The position numbers were made by a program, and so were the translations under genes. From an uncultured Verrucomicrobiae bacterium (GTDB taxonomy: Bacteria; Verrucomicrobiota; Verrucomicrobiia; Chthoniobacterales; UBA10450): a stretch of 64,000 bases of DNA. The notes beneath the pieces are model-generated. The model was not told the origin of the DNA, made no database searches, and saw nothing but the letters and a program-made list of their open reading frames with translations. Positions 49,541 through 58,342 of this stretch are shown here, piece by piece. The DNA is taken from contig CAVTMK010000003.1 of the NCBI GenBank assembly GCA_963735805.1, positions 128,001 through 192,000 on the forward strand. Reading direction: 5' to 3'. Every line of letters begins with the position of its first letter. The stretch's first letter is position 1.

Positions 49541-51049
49541 TCAATGCACAATCAAAACGTAACCTGTCTCCTGTCCGTTCTTTCTCTCACTCGATTTCAA
49601 TTGAGAAACAGTAGCTCCTCGAAGCCGGGGCATAAGATCTGCGGCTTTCTCTGTGGAAGCTACAAGTGCATCGACATTTCCAGCCTTCCATTCGGTGACG
49701 GCGCGATCCGGTTCGATGTAGCGCATTTTCTGCAAGTAAAGCAGCAGTCCTTCGTCTTTCGTAGAAACGACTTCGTAACGCAAGTGATGCGCCCTTGCCT
49801 CACCCCGAACGTTGCGTCCGAAGATAGCTAGCGCATCACGATGATCCCGATATCCGGTGATTGCCTTCCAGGTTGCATAGCCACCAGTAAAGAAGATTGC
49901 GAATATCACCGCAATAAACAGGTAACGACGGCGCAGCGTACCCACTTCTCCAGAAGTTTGTGCTGCCAGCAGCAAACAAAGCGGTGGAATTACCGGAAAG
50001 ATTCTATCGACGCGCTTTGATGGAATCAATGACATCACGATCAAGCCGCCGACGCTCCAGCAAAGCAGCCAGAAAGTCTCAGGCGACATTTCCCGAAGTG
50101 CGGCGCCGATCCTCCATCGACGCGCCGTAAGATAAAAGACGCATATTGCGAGCAACAGGAAGCTCCAAGGGGCAAATTTATGGACCAGATGCGGCAAATA
50201 AAAATAAAGCGGCTGCGGTCGATGAATGGTCTCGCCAAAACGGCCCAAAAATTCGCGCATGACCACTTCATCGAAGAAGGCCGGTTGAAACAGGATGCCG
50301 CCGCCGACCCATAACAAGAAGACGGCTAGTGAAGCGATCCATGGCCACCACCCAGGCCACGCACTCGCACTCGTTTGCAATCGCCCACGCCGACCGGGGT
50401 CAGGGATCCCCGCTACAACTCGGGTGTGACGCCAGGCGAGTCGCCTCTGCCACCACTCAAACGCTGCAATCCCCGGAAGTAGAAACGCGTAAACGATCGG
50501 ACCTTTGATCAGCATTGCGACCGCGAGCAGTGCGAAGAGGTAAATTCGATCTTGCGATGTCCAGTGCTCGCGCCTTTGGATTTTTTCCCAAATCAGCAGT
50601 CCAATGAGAAAAATTACCAATGCCAGCGGCATGTCTGTGCGCACGAGTGTCGCCAGGCGCGGAGTCAACAAATTTAATCCAAACGAACTTAACGCAACGA
50701 GACCGGCGATTGATCCGTAAGCGGAGCTAGCCGCTCGAAATAACAAGACCGCTAGGGCAATCGCGGCCAGGAGCGATGGCAGCCGCCAGGCCAGTTCCCA
50801 TGATCGGGTTAGTGCGAACAGACCTGCCGAGATCCACCCTACCAACGGTGGCTTGGTGGCCACGTGTTCATGCGGCGTCCGCTGATAAAACCAGTGGCCT
50901 TCCTTAACCATCTCGAAGGAAGTGAATGCTTGCTTCGCCTGATCGTAGTCATCGAGCTGCCACGGCAAATTGCCGAGGAGAAACAAAAGAAAGATTATGG
51001 CAGCAACGACCCAGATGGTGCGCTGGTCTTCGAGCAGGTTTGCTGTCAT
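49541..51049 (-). CDS. ArnT/GT39-like membrane glycosyltransferase
   Basis: KPPL..W, RLPS, RTDM, KGP, SK...I.P; many TMs. Confidence 0.85.
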   Translation of the reverse strand: MTANLLEDQRTIWVVAAIIFLLFLLGNLPWQLDDYDQAKQAFTSFEMVKEGHWFYQRTPHEHVATKPPLVGWISAGLFALTRSWELAWRLPSLLAAIALAVLLFRAASSAYGSIAGLVALSSFGLNLLTPRLATLVRTDMPLALVIFLIGLLIWEKIQRREHWTSQDRIYLFALLAVAMLIKGPIVYAFLLPGIAAFEWWQRRLAWRHTRVVAGIPDPGRRGRLQTSASAWPGWWPWIASLAVFLLWVGGGILFQPAFFDEVVMREFLGRFGETIHRPQPLYFYLPHLVHKFAPWSFLLLAICVFYLTARRWRIGAALREMSPETFWLLCWSVGGLIVMSLIPSKRVDRIFPVIPPLCLLLAAQTSGEVGTLRRRYLFIAVIFAIFFTGGYATWKAITGYRDHRDALAIFGRNVRGEARAHHLRYEVVSTKDEGLLLYLQKMRYIEPDRAVTEWKAGNVDALVASTEKAADLMPRLRGATVSQLKSSERKNGQETGYVLIVH

Positions 51050-51206
51050 ATCCAGCGGATCCGAGACATGAGCTTGAATCTCGAAGCACGAATGACAAAT
51101 AGCGAAACAATCTCAAAGCTCAAATGCCTCCACGGCCGGGTGATGGATCTCAGGATGCAGTAGCAGGCGTCGGCTATCATCGTTCTCTCCGGCCTTCGTC
51201 GCCGGT

Positions 51207-51854
51207 TCACTCCCGCCAGAGAATCGCACGCATCGGCGCCCCATCGCCACCGGCGATTTTTAGAGGCAATGCCACGAATTGGTAAATGCCCGAAGCGACA
51301 CCGATCAGATCCAGCGATTCGACGATAGCGATGCCAGCGCGAGCCAGTGCATGATGGTTCTGCAAAGATTTCGAATCGATTTCATCGACGGATGGCAGGT
51401 CCAATCCCAGCAACTTGACACCATTTTTCTGCAACCACCCAGGGACGTCGGCTGCGATGACCGGAATTGTGTCGGGAAAAACAGCGGAGTCACTCCATCG
51501 ACCAGTTTTTACAAGCAGCCGCGAAGTCGCCGCTATCGCTTCTGCAGATGGCCGGAGGTCCTCGATTGTGATCAGGTGTTTCTCCTTCGAATCCAAGAAA
51601 GCCTGGGCCAGATCGACAACCGTCGCGCGACCTAGATAAGTTTCGAGCGGCGCTTTCTCGATCGATTCACCATTCGTGTCGAAATGAAACCGGGCATCTG
51701 CATGTGTGCCATTGTGCACGCTCATCTTGATCGCGCCCAGATTGACGCTTTCACCTTTCGCTTTCTCTCGCGTTAATCGAAAACGACAAGGCTCATCGCC
51801 GGGCCATTCTGCCAGATCATTCGAAAGCGTCCGCGAAATATCCCAGATTTTCAT
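51207..51854 (-). CDS. Cyclase family / kynurenine formamidase-like
   Basis: HNGTHADA, GLDLPSVD, LPLKI.GGDGAPMRA. Confidence 0.88.
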   Translation of the reverse strand: MKIWDISRTLSNDLAEWPGDEPCRFRLTREKAKGESVNLGAIKMSVHNGTHADARFHFDTNGESIEKAPLETYLGRATVVDLAQAFLDSKEKHLITIEDLRPSAEAIAATSRLLVKTGRWSDSAVFPDTIPVIAADVPGWLQKNGVKLLGLDLPSVDEIDSKSLQNHHALARAGIAIVESLDLIGVASGIYQFVALPLKIAGGDGAPMRAILWRE

Positions 51855-51865
51855 GGCGAGATTAC

Positions 51866-53011
51866 TTAAGTCGCGCTGCCAATCTCTTCAATAATCGCGT
51901 GCGCGGCTGTTTGGCTTGCGCCGGTGTCACCCAGTTTAGGAACGATCGTGTCCAACTGAGAAATCATCCGCTCGCGCGTATTTCCATTCTCAATTAGTGG
52001 CTGCATGGCTCTGACAATGGCATTCGGTTTTGCCCGATGCTGAATAAATTCAGGAACGATTTCCTGGTCAGCGAGCAAGTTAGGCATACCAAGATACTTC
52101 ACATTCACCACGAGTCGCGCAGCCAAATAGGTCGGCCAGGCCACCCTATAAATCAGCACAAACGGGAGTCGAAAATAGGCAGCTTCCAACGTGGCACTCC
52201 CTGAAGCGACGATGCCCGTCCACGCGCGCTGCATGATTGCGGCTGTCTCGTGCACTTTAATTTGAATTGTTTCCCGCTTATGTGATTGGCCGAATCCGGC
52301 GACGAGGAACTTCATCTCATCAGCGAGTTGCTCTGATGCAGCAGCGACTTCAAAGCGTAAACTAGCGTTCCGCTTTTGAAGTTCACGCGCCGTTTCCAAC
52401 ATCACCGGAAAAATTTTGCGCACTTCGCGTGCGCGACTGCCCGGGAAAAGTCCGATCAAATTGGGATCCCGTTCCGTGCTGGTCTTGCGGGCCTGCAATC
52501 GCTCAATCATTGGATGGCCGACAAACAACGCGCGCATGCCAGCCTGGTTGTAGAGATCGACTTCAAAAGGGAAAATGCAGAGCACCAGATCAATCCAGTG
52601 CGCCATTCTCTTGATTCGTCCTCGGTTCCAGGCCCATACCTGAGGACTGATGTAATAAATTATCTTCTGTCGCGGAGCTTGTCTTCGCAGTGCACGCGCA
52701 AGACGCAGGTTGAAACCTGGATAATCAATCAAGATAACTGCCTCAGGTTTGCTCGTGCGAATCTCCTGGAGCGTTTCGTGAAACTGTTCTCGAAAATAAC
52801 CGTATTTCCTGAGCACTTCCCATAAACCGAGAACGGCAGCCTCGCCGATCCAGTTCTTGAATGACCCACCTGCGACCTTTTGCATTTCCGGTCCGCCGCG
52901 CCCGACAAAGTTAAGTTTGTCGTCCAACTCCCGCAGAGATCGCATTAAAGCAGCACCGTGATTGTCCGCGCTGACTTCACCGGCGACGAAAAAGAGGATC
53001 CTGGATTTCAT
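51866..53011 (-). CDS. lpxB: Lipid-A-disaccharide synthase
   Basis: AGEVSAD, IDYPGFN, SPQVWAW, PGSR..E, SGSATLE. Confidence 0.95.
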   Translation of the reverse strand: MKSRILFFVAGEVSADNHGAALMRSLRELDDKLNFVGRGGPEMQKVAGGSFKNWIGEAAVLGLWEVLRKYGYFREQFHETLQEIRTSKPEAVILIDYPGFNLRLARALRRQAPRQKIIYYISPQVWAWNRGRIKRMAHWIDLVLCIFPFEVDLYNQAGMRALFVGHPMIERLQARKTSTERDPNLIGLFPGSRAREVRKIFPVMLETARELQKRNASLRFEVAAASEQLADEMKFLVAGFGQSHKRETIQIKVHETAAIMQRAWTGIVASGSATLEAAYFRLPFVLIYRVAWPTYLAARLVVNVKYLGMPNLLADQEIVPEFIQHRAKPNAIVRAMQPLIENGNTRERMISQLDTIVPKLGDTGASQTAAHAIIEEIGSAT

Positions 53012-53084
53012 TTAGCCGCCTCGCTGTGCCGAGGCGCTCCGCTGGCGTTGTTTCCTTCCAAATGGCGACATGGCGCTGTGGCAA
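53012..53084. repeat. GTAG-type REP doublet, partly degenerate
   Basis: TTAGCCGCCTCGCTGTGCCGAGGCG is nearly identical to 6370-6394; ATGGCGACATGGCGCTGTGG resembles the second half. Confidence 0.7.
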
Positions 53085-53110
53085 GAGCGCCAGAATCGAT
53101 CGCGAGCGTC

Positions 53111-54032
53111 CTACCCACCGGGCGTGATTCGCTTGGTTATTTCAACTGCCAACTTCAATGCCGCCGTTGCTTGAGAACCCGAAACGCGCGGCTCGCGTCC
53201 CGTACCTGGCGCATTCAATAAACGAAGCAAGTTGAAGTTTAAGCGGCTCCTCACGTTCAATCTCGACTCGGTCGCGCGTGATGCGTCCTCCAACACGTCG
53301 ATAGATTTCGCCGCTTTGGTTTTGATAGTCGAGCGAGAGATATGCGTCCTCTTGGAAAATGCGAATCTTGCGGAGCCGCTCAGGACTAATGCGGCTGGAG
53401 GTAATGTTTGCCACGCAACCATCTTCGAAATGAAGGCGCGCATTGGCGATGTCTTCGTTCCGGCTAAGCACGGGCACGCCTACAGCATCGATGCTCCAAA
53501 GCGGCGAGCGCACAAAATGCAAAATGACCTCCAAGTCATGGATCATTAGATCGAGAACAACCCCTATGTCGGTGCTGCGTTCGGAATAAGGCGACAGCCG
53601 ATGCGCTTCGATAAATCGGGGATGAGTAAGGTGCGTTTCCAAGGCTCCCAAAACCGGGTTGAACCGTTCGACGTGGCCGACTTGCAAAATGAGACCGCTA
53701 CGCGTAGCTAACTCTGCCAGCTCCGTAGCCTCCGCGGTGTTGTCGGTAATCGGTTTTTCCACAAGCACATGTTTCCCTTTTGTTAGAAGGGAATGCGCGA
53801 TTGCATAGTGTGTATTGGTCGGCGTCGCTACAGAAGCGGCATCCACCAGCTCAATGAATTCGTCGAGCGATTTCGCAGGTGTCGCGCCGAATTTTCCGCC
53901 GATGGTGCGGCTCCTGAAAGGATCTACGTCATATACAGCGGTGAACTCGGCCGACGGAATCTCCGCATACAACCGCGCATGGTTGCTCCCTATGTGACCA
54001 ACCCCAACAACTCCGATGCGTAGGTTTTTCAT
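53111..54032 (-). CDS. Gfo/Idh/MocA oxidoreductase (GnnA-like), apparent +1 frameshift near 53205
   Basis: GVGHIG, VEKP, GHVERFNP, DLMIHD; natural end TGREPRVSG..ATAAL.LA is in another frame. Confidence 0.85.
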
Positions 54033-54086
54033 CACGACTCCCAGTCAACGCGGGAAGATATCTGGGTCAAACCCAGATAGTATATC

Positions 54087-55055
54087 TCATGGACCGTATG
54101 TAACGCCCTTTTGCGATGTATCCGGCGCGTAGTTCGCCGTGTACCACTCGTAGGTTCGAGTGATACCCTCCCGTAGCGGGATCGAGGGCTTCCAGTCAAG
54201 AACGCGAAGCTTTGTGACGTCCAAAAGTTTTCGCGGCGTGCCATCCGGCTTCGCCGTGTCCCAGGCAAGCTCACCATCGAAACCAACTACGTCGCAAATT
54301 AACTCGGCGAGTTCGCGGATCGAAATGTCTTCGCCGCAGCCGACATTAATGATTTCCGGCGAGTCGTATTTCTCCAACAGCCAGAGACACGCTGACGCAA
54401 CGTCGTCTACGTGCAGGAATTCGCGGCGCGGCGTTCCAGAGCCCCATACGACCAGCTTCGAATTTTTCCGAGTCTTGGCTTCATGCGCTTTCCGCAAAAG
54501 CGCGGCCAGGACGTGTGATGTTTCCAGATCGAAATTATCGTTGGGGCCATAGAGATTTGTCGGCATCACCGAGACAAAATTCGCGCCGCGCTCGCGAGAA
54601 TATGCCTGGCAAAGCTTGATCCCGGCGATCTTCGCAATCGCGTAAGCTTCATTGGTTGGTTCCAGAGGTCCGCTTAGCAACGCCGTTTCCGGGATGGGTT
54701 GCGGAGCGAGCTTCGGGTAAATGCATGAGCTTCCAAGAAAGAGAAGTTTGCGCACACCGTTCTCGCAGGCCGAACGAATGACGCTGTTCTGTATCTGCAA
54801 ATTCTCGAGAAGGAATTCGACCGGGAAATCGTTGTTTGCCTTGATCCCGCCTACTTTTGCCGCCGCGAGAATCACGACATCCGGTCTTTGCTCGGCGAAA
54901 AATTTCGCGACTACAGACTCATCTCTGAGATCGAGTTTCGATCTGTCGCGAACAAGTAGATTTGAGAAACTCTCCGATTCGAGCCGGCGAATCAGCGCGC
55001 TGCCAACCATCCCACGATGGCCGGCGACGAAGATCTTGTCTGACTTATCCAACAT
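54087..55055 (-). CDS. fcl: GDP-L-fucose synthase
   Basis: GHRGMVGS, AAKVGGI, GSSCIYPK, YAIAK, PDGTPRK. Confidence 0.96.
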   Translation of the reverse strand: MLDKSDKIFVAGHRGMVGSALIRRLESESFSNLLVRDRSKLDLRDESVVAKFFAEQRPDVVILAAAKVGGIKANNDFPVEFLLENLQIQNSVIRSACENGVRKLLFLGSSCIYPKLAPQPIPETALLSGPLEPTNEAYAIAKIAGIKLCQAYSRERGANFVSVMPTNLYGPNDNFDLETSHVLAALLRKAHEAKTRKNSKLVVWGSGTPRREFLHVDDVASACLWLLEKYDSPEIINVGCGEDISIRELAELICDVVGFDGELAWDTAKPDGTPRKLLDVTKLRVLDWKPSIPLREGITRTYEWYTANYAPDTSQKGVTYGP

Positions 55056-55118
55056 GAGCTATCCAGTTCGGTAGCATTTTCTTTTTTTGTCCTTTGCGCA
55101 ATCCTAGCCTTTCGGTTC

Positions 55119-55137
55119 CCCTTGAACGGTTCAAGGG
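55119..55137. promoter_or_regulatory. Perfect 9-1-9 palindrome in the divergent fcl/rib promoter region
   Basis: CCCTTGAAC-G-GTTCAAGGG. Confidence 0.45.
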
Positions 55138-55197
55138 TTCAACGAACTATGACTAACAGTTGCTCAGGGCGGGAGGGGACGTAATGGTATTAATCTG

Positions 55198-56415
55198 ATG
55201 ATTGCCAGGGAGAAGGAGACATTTCAGTTCGACGCAATTGACGATGTGGTAAGCGACATCGCCAAGGGCCGCATTGTCATTGTGACGGACGACGCAGATC
55301 GCGAGAACGAAGGCGATTTGGTAATGGCCGCTGAAAAAGTAACCCCGGAAGCGATTAATTTCATGGTTACACACGGGCGCGGCTTGATTTGCGCGCCCAT
55401 TTCAAACGAGCGCGCAGAGCAACTCGGCTTGCAGCGCATGGTGGCGCAGAACCGCGAGAAACATAAAACTGATTTTACCGTCTCGGTGGACGCAGCGCGG
55501 GGTGTGACCACAGGTATCAGTGCCTATGATCGCGCTACAACGATCCTGGTCATCGCGAATCCGAAATCGTCTCCCGAAGAGCTCAACCAGCCGGGGCACG
55601 TCTTTCCATTACGCGCAAAGGATGGAGGCGTGTTGCGACGGGCCGGGCACACCGAGGCCGCCGTCGATCTGGCGGGAATGGCCGGACTACAACCCGCCGG
55701 AGTGCTTTGCGAGATTTTGCACGATGACGGTACCATGGCGCGGTTGCCGGAGTTGATGGAATTCAGCAAGAAACATGGCCTGCGCATTTGCACAATTCAG
55801 AGTCTGATCGCACACCGTCGCGTTCGCGAAAAACTCGTGGAGCTGGAGCAAATCGTGAAAATGCCGACTGACTACGGCGATTTCGATTTGCATCTATATC
55901 GCTCGAAGCTCGATGGCCAGCATCACCTTGCCCTGGTCAAGGGCAAAATCGAAAAGAGCAAGCCGACCCTGGTCCGTGTGCACAGTCAATGCCTTACCGG
56001 CGATGTTTTCAGTTCGCGCCGGTGCGACTGCGGGAATCAATTGCACGCAGCGCTTCGACAGATTCAGGAGGAAGGCAGCGGCGTCCTGGTTTACATGCGC
56101 CAGGAAGGACGCGGCATCGGGCTCGCGGCAAAAATTCACGCTTACAAATTGCAGGAAGAAGGCCTCGACACAGTGGAAGCAAATGCCAGGCTGGGGTACC
56201 CAAGCGACCTGCGAGATTACGGACTCGGCGCGCAGATCCTTTTCGATCTCGGAGTACGTCAGTTTCGTTTTCTGACCAACAATCCGAAGAAAGTGGTCGG
56301 ACTCGAAGGTTACGGCTTGGAAATGGTGGAGCAGGTGCCAATACGCGGCGAAGCAAATCCGCACAACGCCAAATATCTGGAAACGAAGAAGACGAAGCTA
56401 GGGCATCTGTTGTGA
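55198..56415 (+). CDS. ribBA: Bifunctional DHBP synthase / GTP cyclohydrolase II
   Basis: DRENEGD, RRAGHTEA, RVHSQCLTGD, RCDCG, QEGRGIG. Confidence 0.96.
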   Translation: MIAREKETFQFDAIDDVVSDIAKGRIVIVTDDADRENEGDLVMAAEKVTPEAINFMVTHGRGLICAPISNERAEQLGLQRMVAQNREKHKTDFTVSVDAARGVTTGISAYDRATTILVIANPKSSPEELNQPGHVFPLRAKDGGVLRRAGHTEAAVDLAGMAGLQPAGVLCEILHDDGTMARLPELMEFSKKHGLRICTIQSLIAHRRVREKLVELEQIVKMPTDYGDFDLHLYRSKLDGQHHLALVKGKIEKSKPTLVRVHSQCLTGDVFSSRRCDCGNQLHAALRQIQEEGSGVLVYMRQEGRGIGLAAKIHAYKLQEEGLDTVEANARLGYPSDLRDYGLGAQILFDLGVRQFRFLTNNPKKVVGLEGYGLEMVEQVPIRGEANPHNAKYLETKKTKLGHLL

Positions 56416-56516
56416 CTGCGAATTGCGGACCAGCGACACCGAAAGGCTCCGCGTGCTCGCGAGACAATGTCGGAGTTGCGGATCGCAGCGAGATCAAATT
56501 GCAATTCTGAGAACGA

Positions 56517-56993
56517 ATGTCGACCGACGTACCGCGACGCCCGCGAGTTGATGAGGGCAAACGCACATTCCAAATCGTCGCGAGCCAATTTAATGCGCAA
56601 TACGTACAGGGTCTGGTTGATCACGCTGCGGAAGAGCTGCATGAGCTCGCTCCGGAGGCCGCGATTTTTATACACCGTGTGCCGGGGTCGTTTGAAATCC
56701 CCGTCGTTGTGCGCGAGTTAGCACGGAAGAAAGAAGGCGATGCGATTATCGCGTGCGGTGTGATCATGCAAGGCGAAACAAACCACGCCAAAAATCTCAG
56801 CAGTTCGGTGACCGATGCACTTCAGCGCATCGCGATTGATCATGGGGTGCCTGTGATCAATGTGGTGCTCAGTTTCGATAACGACGTTCAGGCACGCGAA
56901 CGTTGTCTCGAAAACAGAATTAATCGTGGCACCGAGGGTGCACGGGCTGCGGTAGAAATCGCCAGTGTCATGTCGAAATTTCGCGGGAAGTGA
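56517..56993 (+). CDS. ribH: 6,7-dimethyl-8-ribityllumazine synthase
   Basis: SQFN, VPGSFEIP, GETNH. Confidence 0.93.
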   Translation: MSTDVPRRPRVDEGKRTFQIVASQFNAQYVQGLVDHAAEELHELAPEAAIFIHRVPGSFEIPVVVRELARKKEGDAIIACGVIMQGETNHAKNLSSSVTDALQRIAIDHGVPVINVVLSFDNDVQARERCLENRINRGTEGARAAVEIASVMSKFRGK

Positions 56994-56995
56994 TT

Positions 56996-57433
56996 ATGGG
57001 CAAAAGACGGCGAGCACGCGAAGCGGCGATCCAATATCATTTCTGGCGCGATCTGCAGGGCGAGGGACCGGAAAAGACAGACGATTTTTGGGAATTCTGT
57101 CCGGCAACTCCGCGGGTGCGCGAATTTGCCCAGCCCCTTATCGAGGGAATGGTCGAGCATCTTCCGAAAATCGACGAACGAATTCGTCGCTACTGCGAGA
57201 ACTATGAATTTCGCCGTATTTCAGCCGTTGATCGCAATGTCCTTCGATTGGCCATCTATGAAATGCTTTATCGGGACGACATACCGCCAGTGGTTTCGAT
57301 CAACGAAGCAATTGAGCTGGCAAAAACTTTCGGCGGCGGCGAGTCGGGCCGTTTCGTGAATGGCATTCTCGATCGTGTACGAAAAGATTTGGATCGGCCC
57401 GCCCGTGAACCAGTGACCAAACGAGAGTCGTGA
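56996..57433 (+). CDS. nusB: Transcription antitermination factor NusB
   Basis: RRRARE, VDRNVLR, INEAIELAK, FVNGILD. Confidence 0.95.
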   Translation: MGKRRRAREAAIQYHFWRDLQGEGPEKTDDFWEFCPATPRVREFAQPLIEGMVEHLPKIDERIRRYCENYEFRRISAVDRNVLRLAIYEMLYRDDIPPVVSINEAIELAKTFGGGESGRFVNGILDRVRKDLDRPAREPVTKRES

Positions 57434-57483
57434 TTCGTTAAAGCGTTTCATCGATTCACGAATCTCGGATCTCGATTCACGAA

Positions 57484-58332
57484 ATGAAGTTCCTCCAATC
57501 CCTGGCCCATCATTTTGCGGGTAAACCCATCGACTGGGACGAGCTCGAGGAATCGCTTATTCGTGCCGACCTCGGCGTGCCAATGACAAGTCGCATCATC
57601 AAGACGCTACAAGAACGGGAAGCCTGGTCCTTAATGGGAATAAACGATGTTGTAAGGGTGGTGGGCCAGGAAATCGCGCGCGTTCTGCCTGCAAAGCCTA
57701 CTGCCATTCGGCCTTTGGTCGGTAAACCAAACGTGGTCCTACTCCTGGGTGTAAACGGTACTGGCAAGACCACATCGACAGCAAAGCTGGCTCGTTATTT
57801 GCAAAAAAATAAACACAGCGTCCTGCTGGCGGCAGCAGATACGTTTCGCGCTGCAGCGATCGAGCAGCTTGGCATTTGGGCCTCGCGACTGGGCATCGAA
57901 ATGATTAAAGGGCAATATAACTCCGATCCGGCCGCTCTTTGTTATGAAGCGTATCAAACAGCCGCAAAACGGAAGGCTGATTTTCTGCTATGCGATACGG
58001 CCGGGCGCATGCACACAAAAAGGAACCTGATGGCCGAGCTTGAAAAGGTGAAACGCGCTCTCGCGAAGCACGACCCGGACGCGCCGCATGAAACGCTGCT
58101 GGTGGTCGACGCAACAACTGGCGGCAACGCGCTCAGCCAGGCCCGCGAATTCCAAACCGCGATTGGATTGACTGGTGTTATTGTCACCAAGCTCGACGGC
58201 AGCGGCAAAGGCGGCATCGTAGTCGCAATCCAGGAGGAACTTGGAATCCCTACGCGTTTCGTCGGCACCGGTGAACAGATCGACGATTTTGCGCCATTCG
58301 ACGCGCGCGAATTTGTCGCGAACATGCTGTAA
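57484..58332 (+). CDS. ftsY: SRP receptor FtsY (short NG-only form)
   Basis: GVNGTGKTT, DTFRAAA, DTAGR, TKLDGSGKGG. Confidence 0.96.
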   Translation: MKFLQSLAHHFAGKPIDWDELEESLIRADLGVPMTSRIIKTLQEREAWSLMGINDVVRVVGQEIARVLPAKPTAIRPLVGKPNVVLLLGVNGTGKTTSTAKLARYLQKNKHSVLLAAADTFRAAAIEQLGIWASRLGIEMIKGQYNSDPAALCYEAYQTAAKRKADFLLCDTAGRMHTKRNLMAELEKVKRALAKHDPDAPHETLLVVDATTGGNALSQAREFQTAIGLTGVIVTKLDGSGKGGIVVAIQEELGIPTRFVGTGEQIDDFAPFDAREFVANML

Positions 58333-58342
58333 TTCGATTGCC

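Noticed and set aside
55056..55197. FMN riboswitch before ribBA
   Set aside because: Only a short CAGGGCGGG match; the remaining RFN core motifs are absent.
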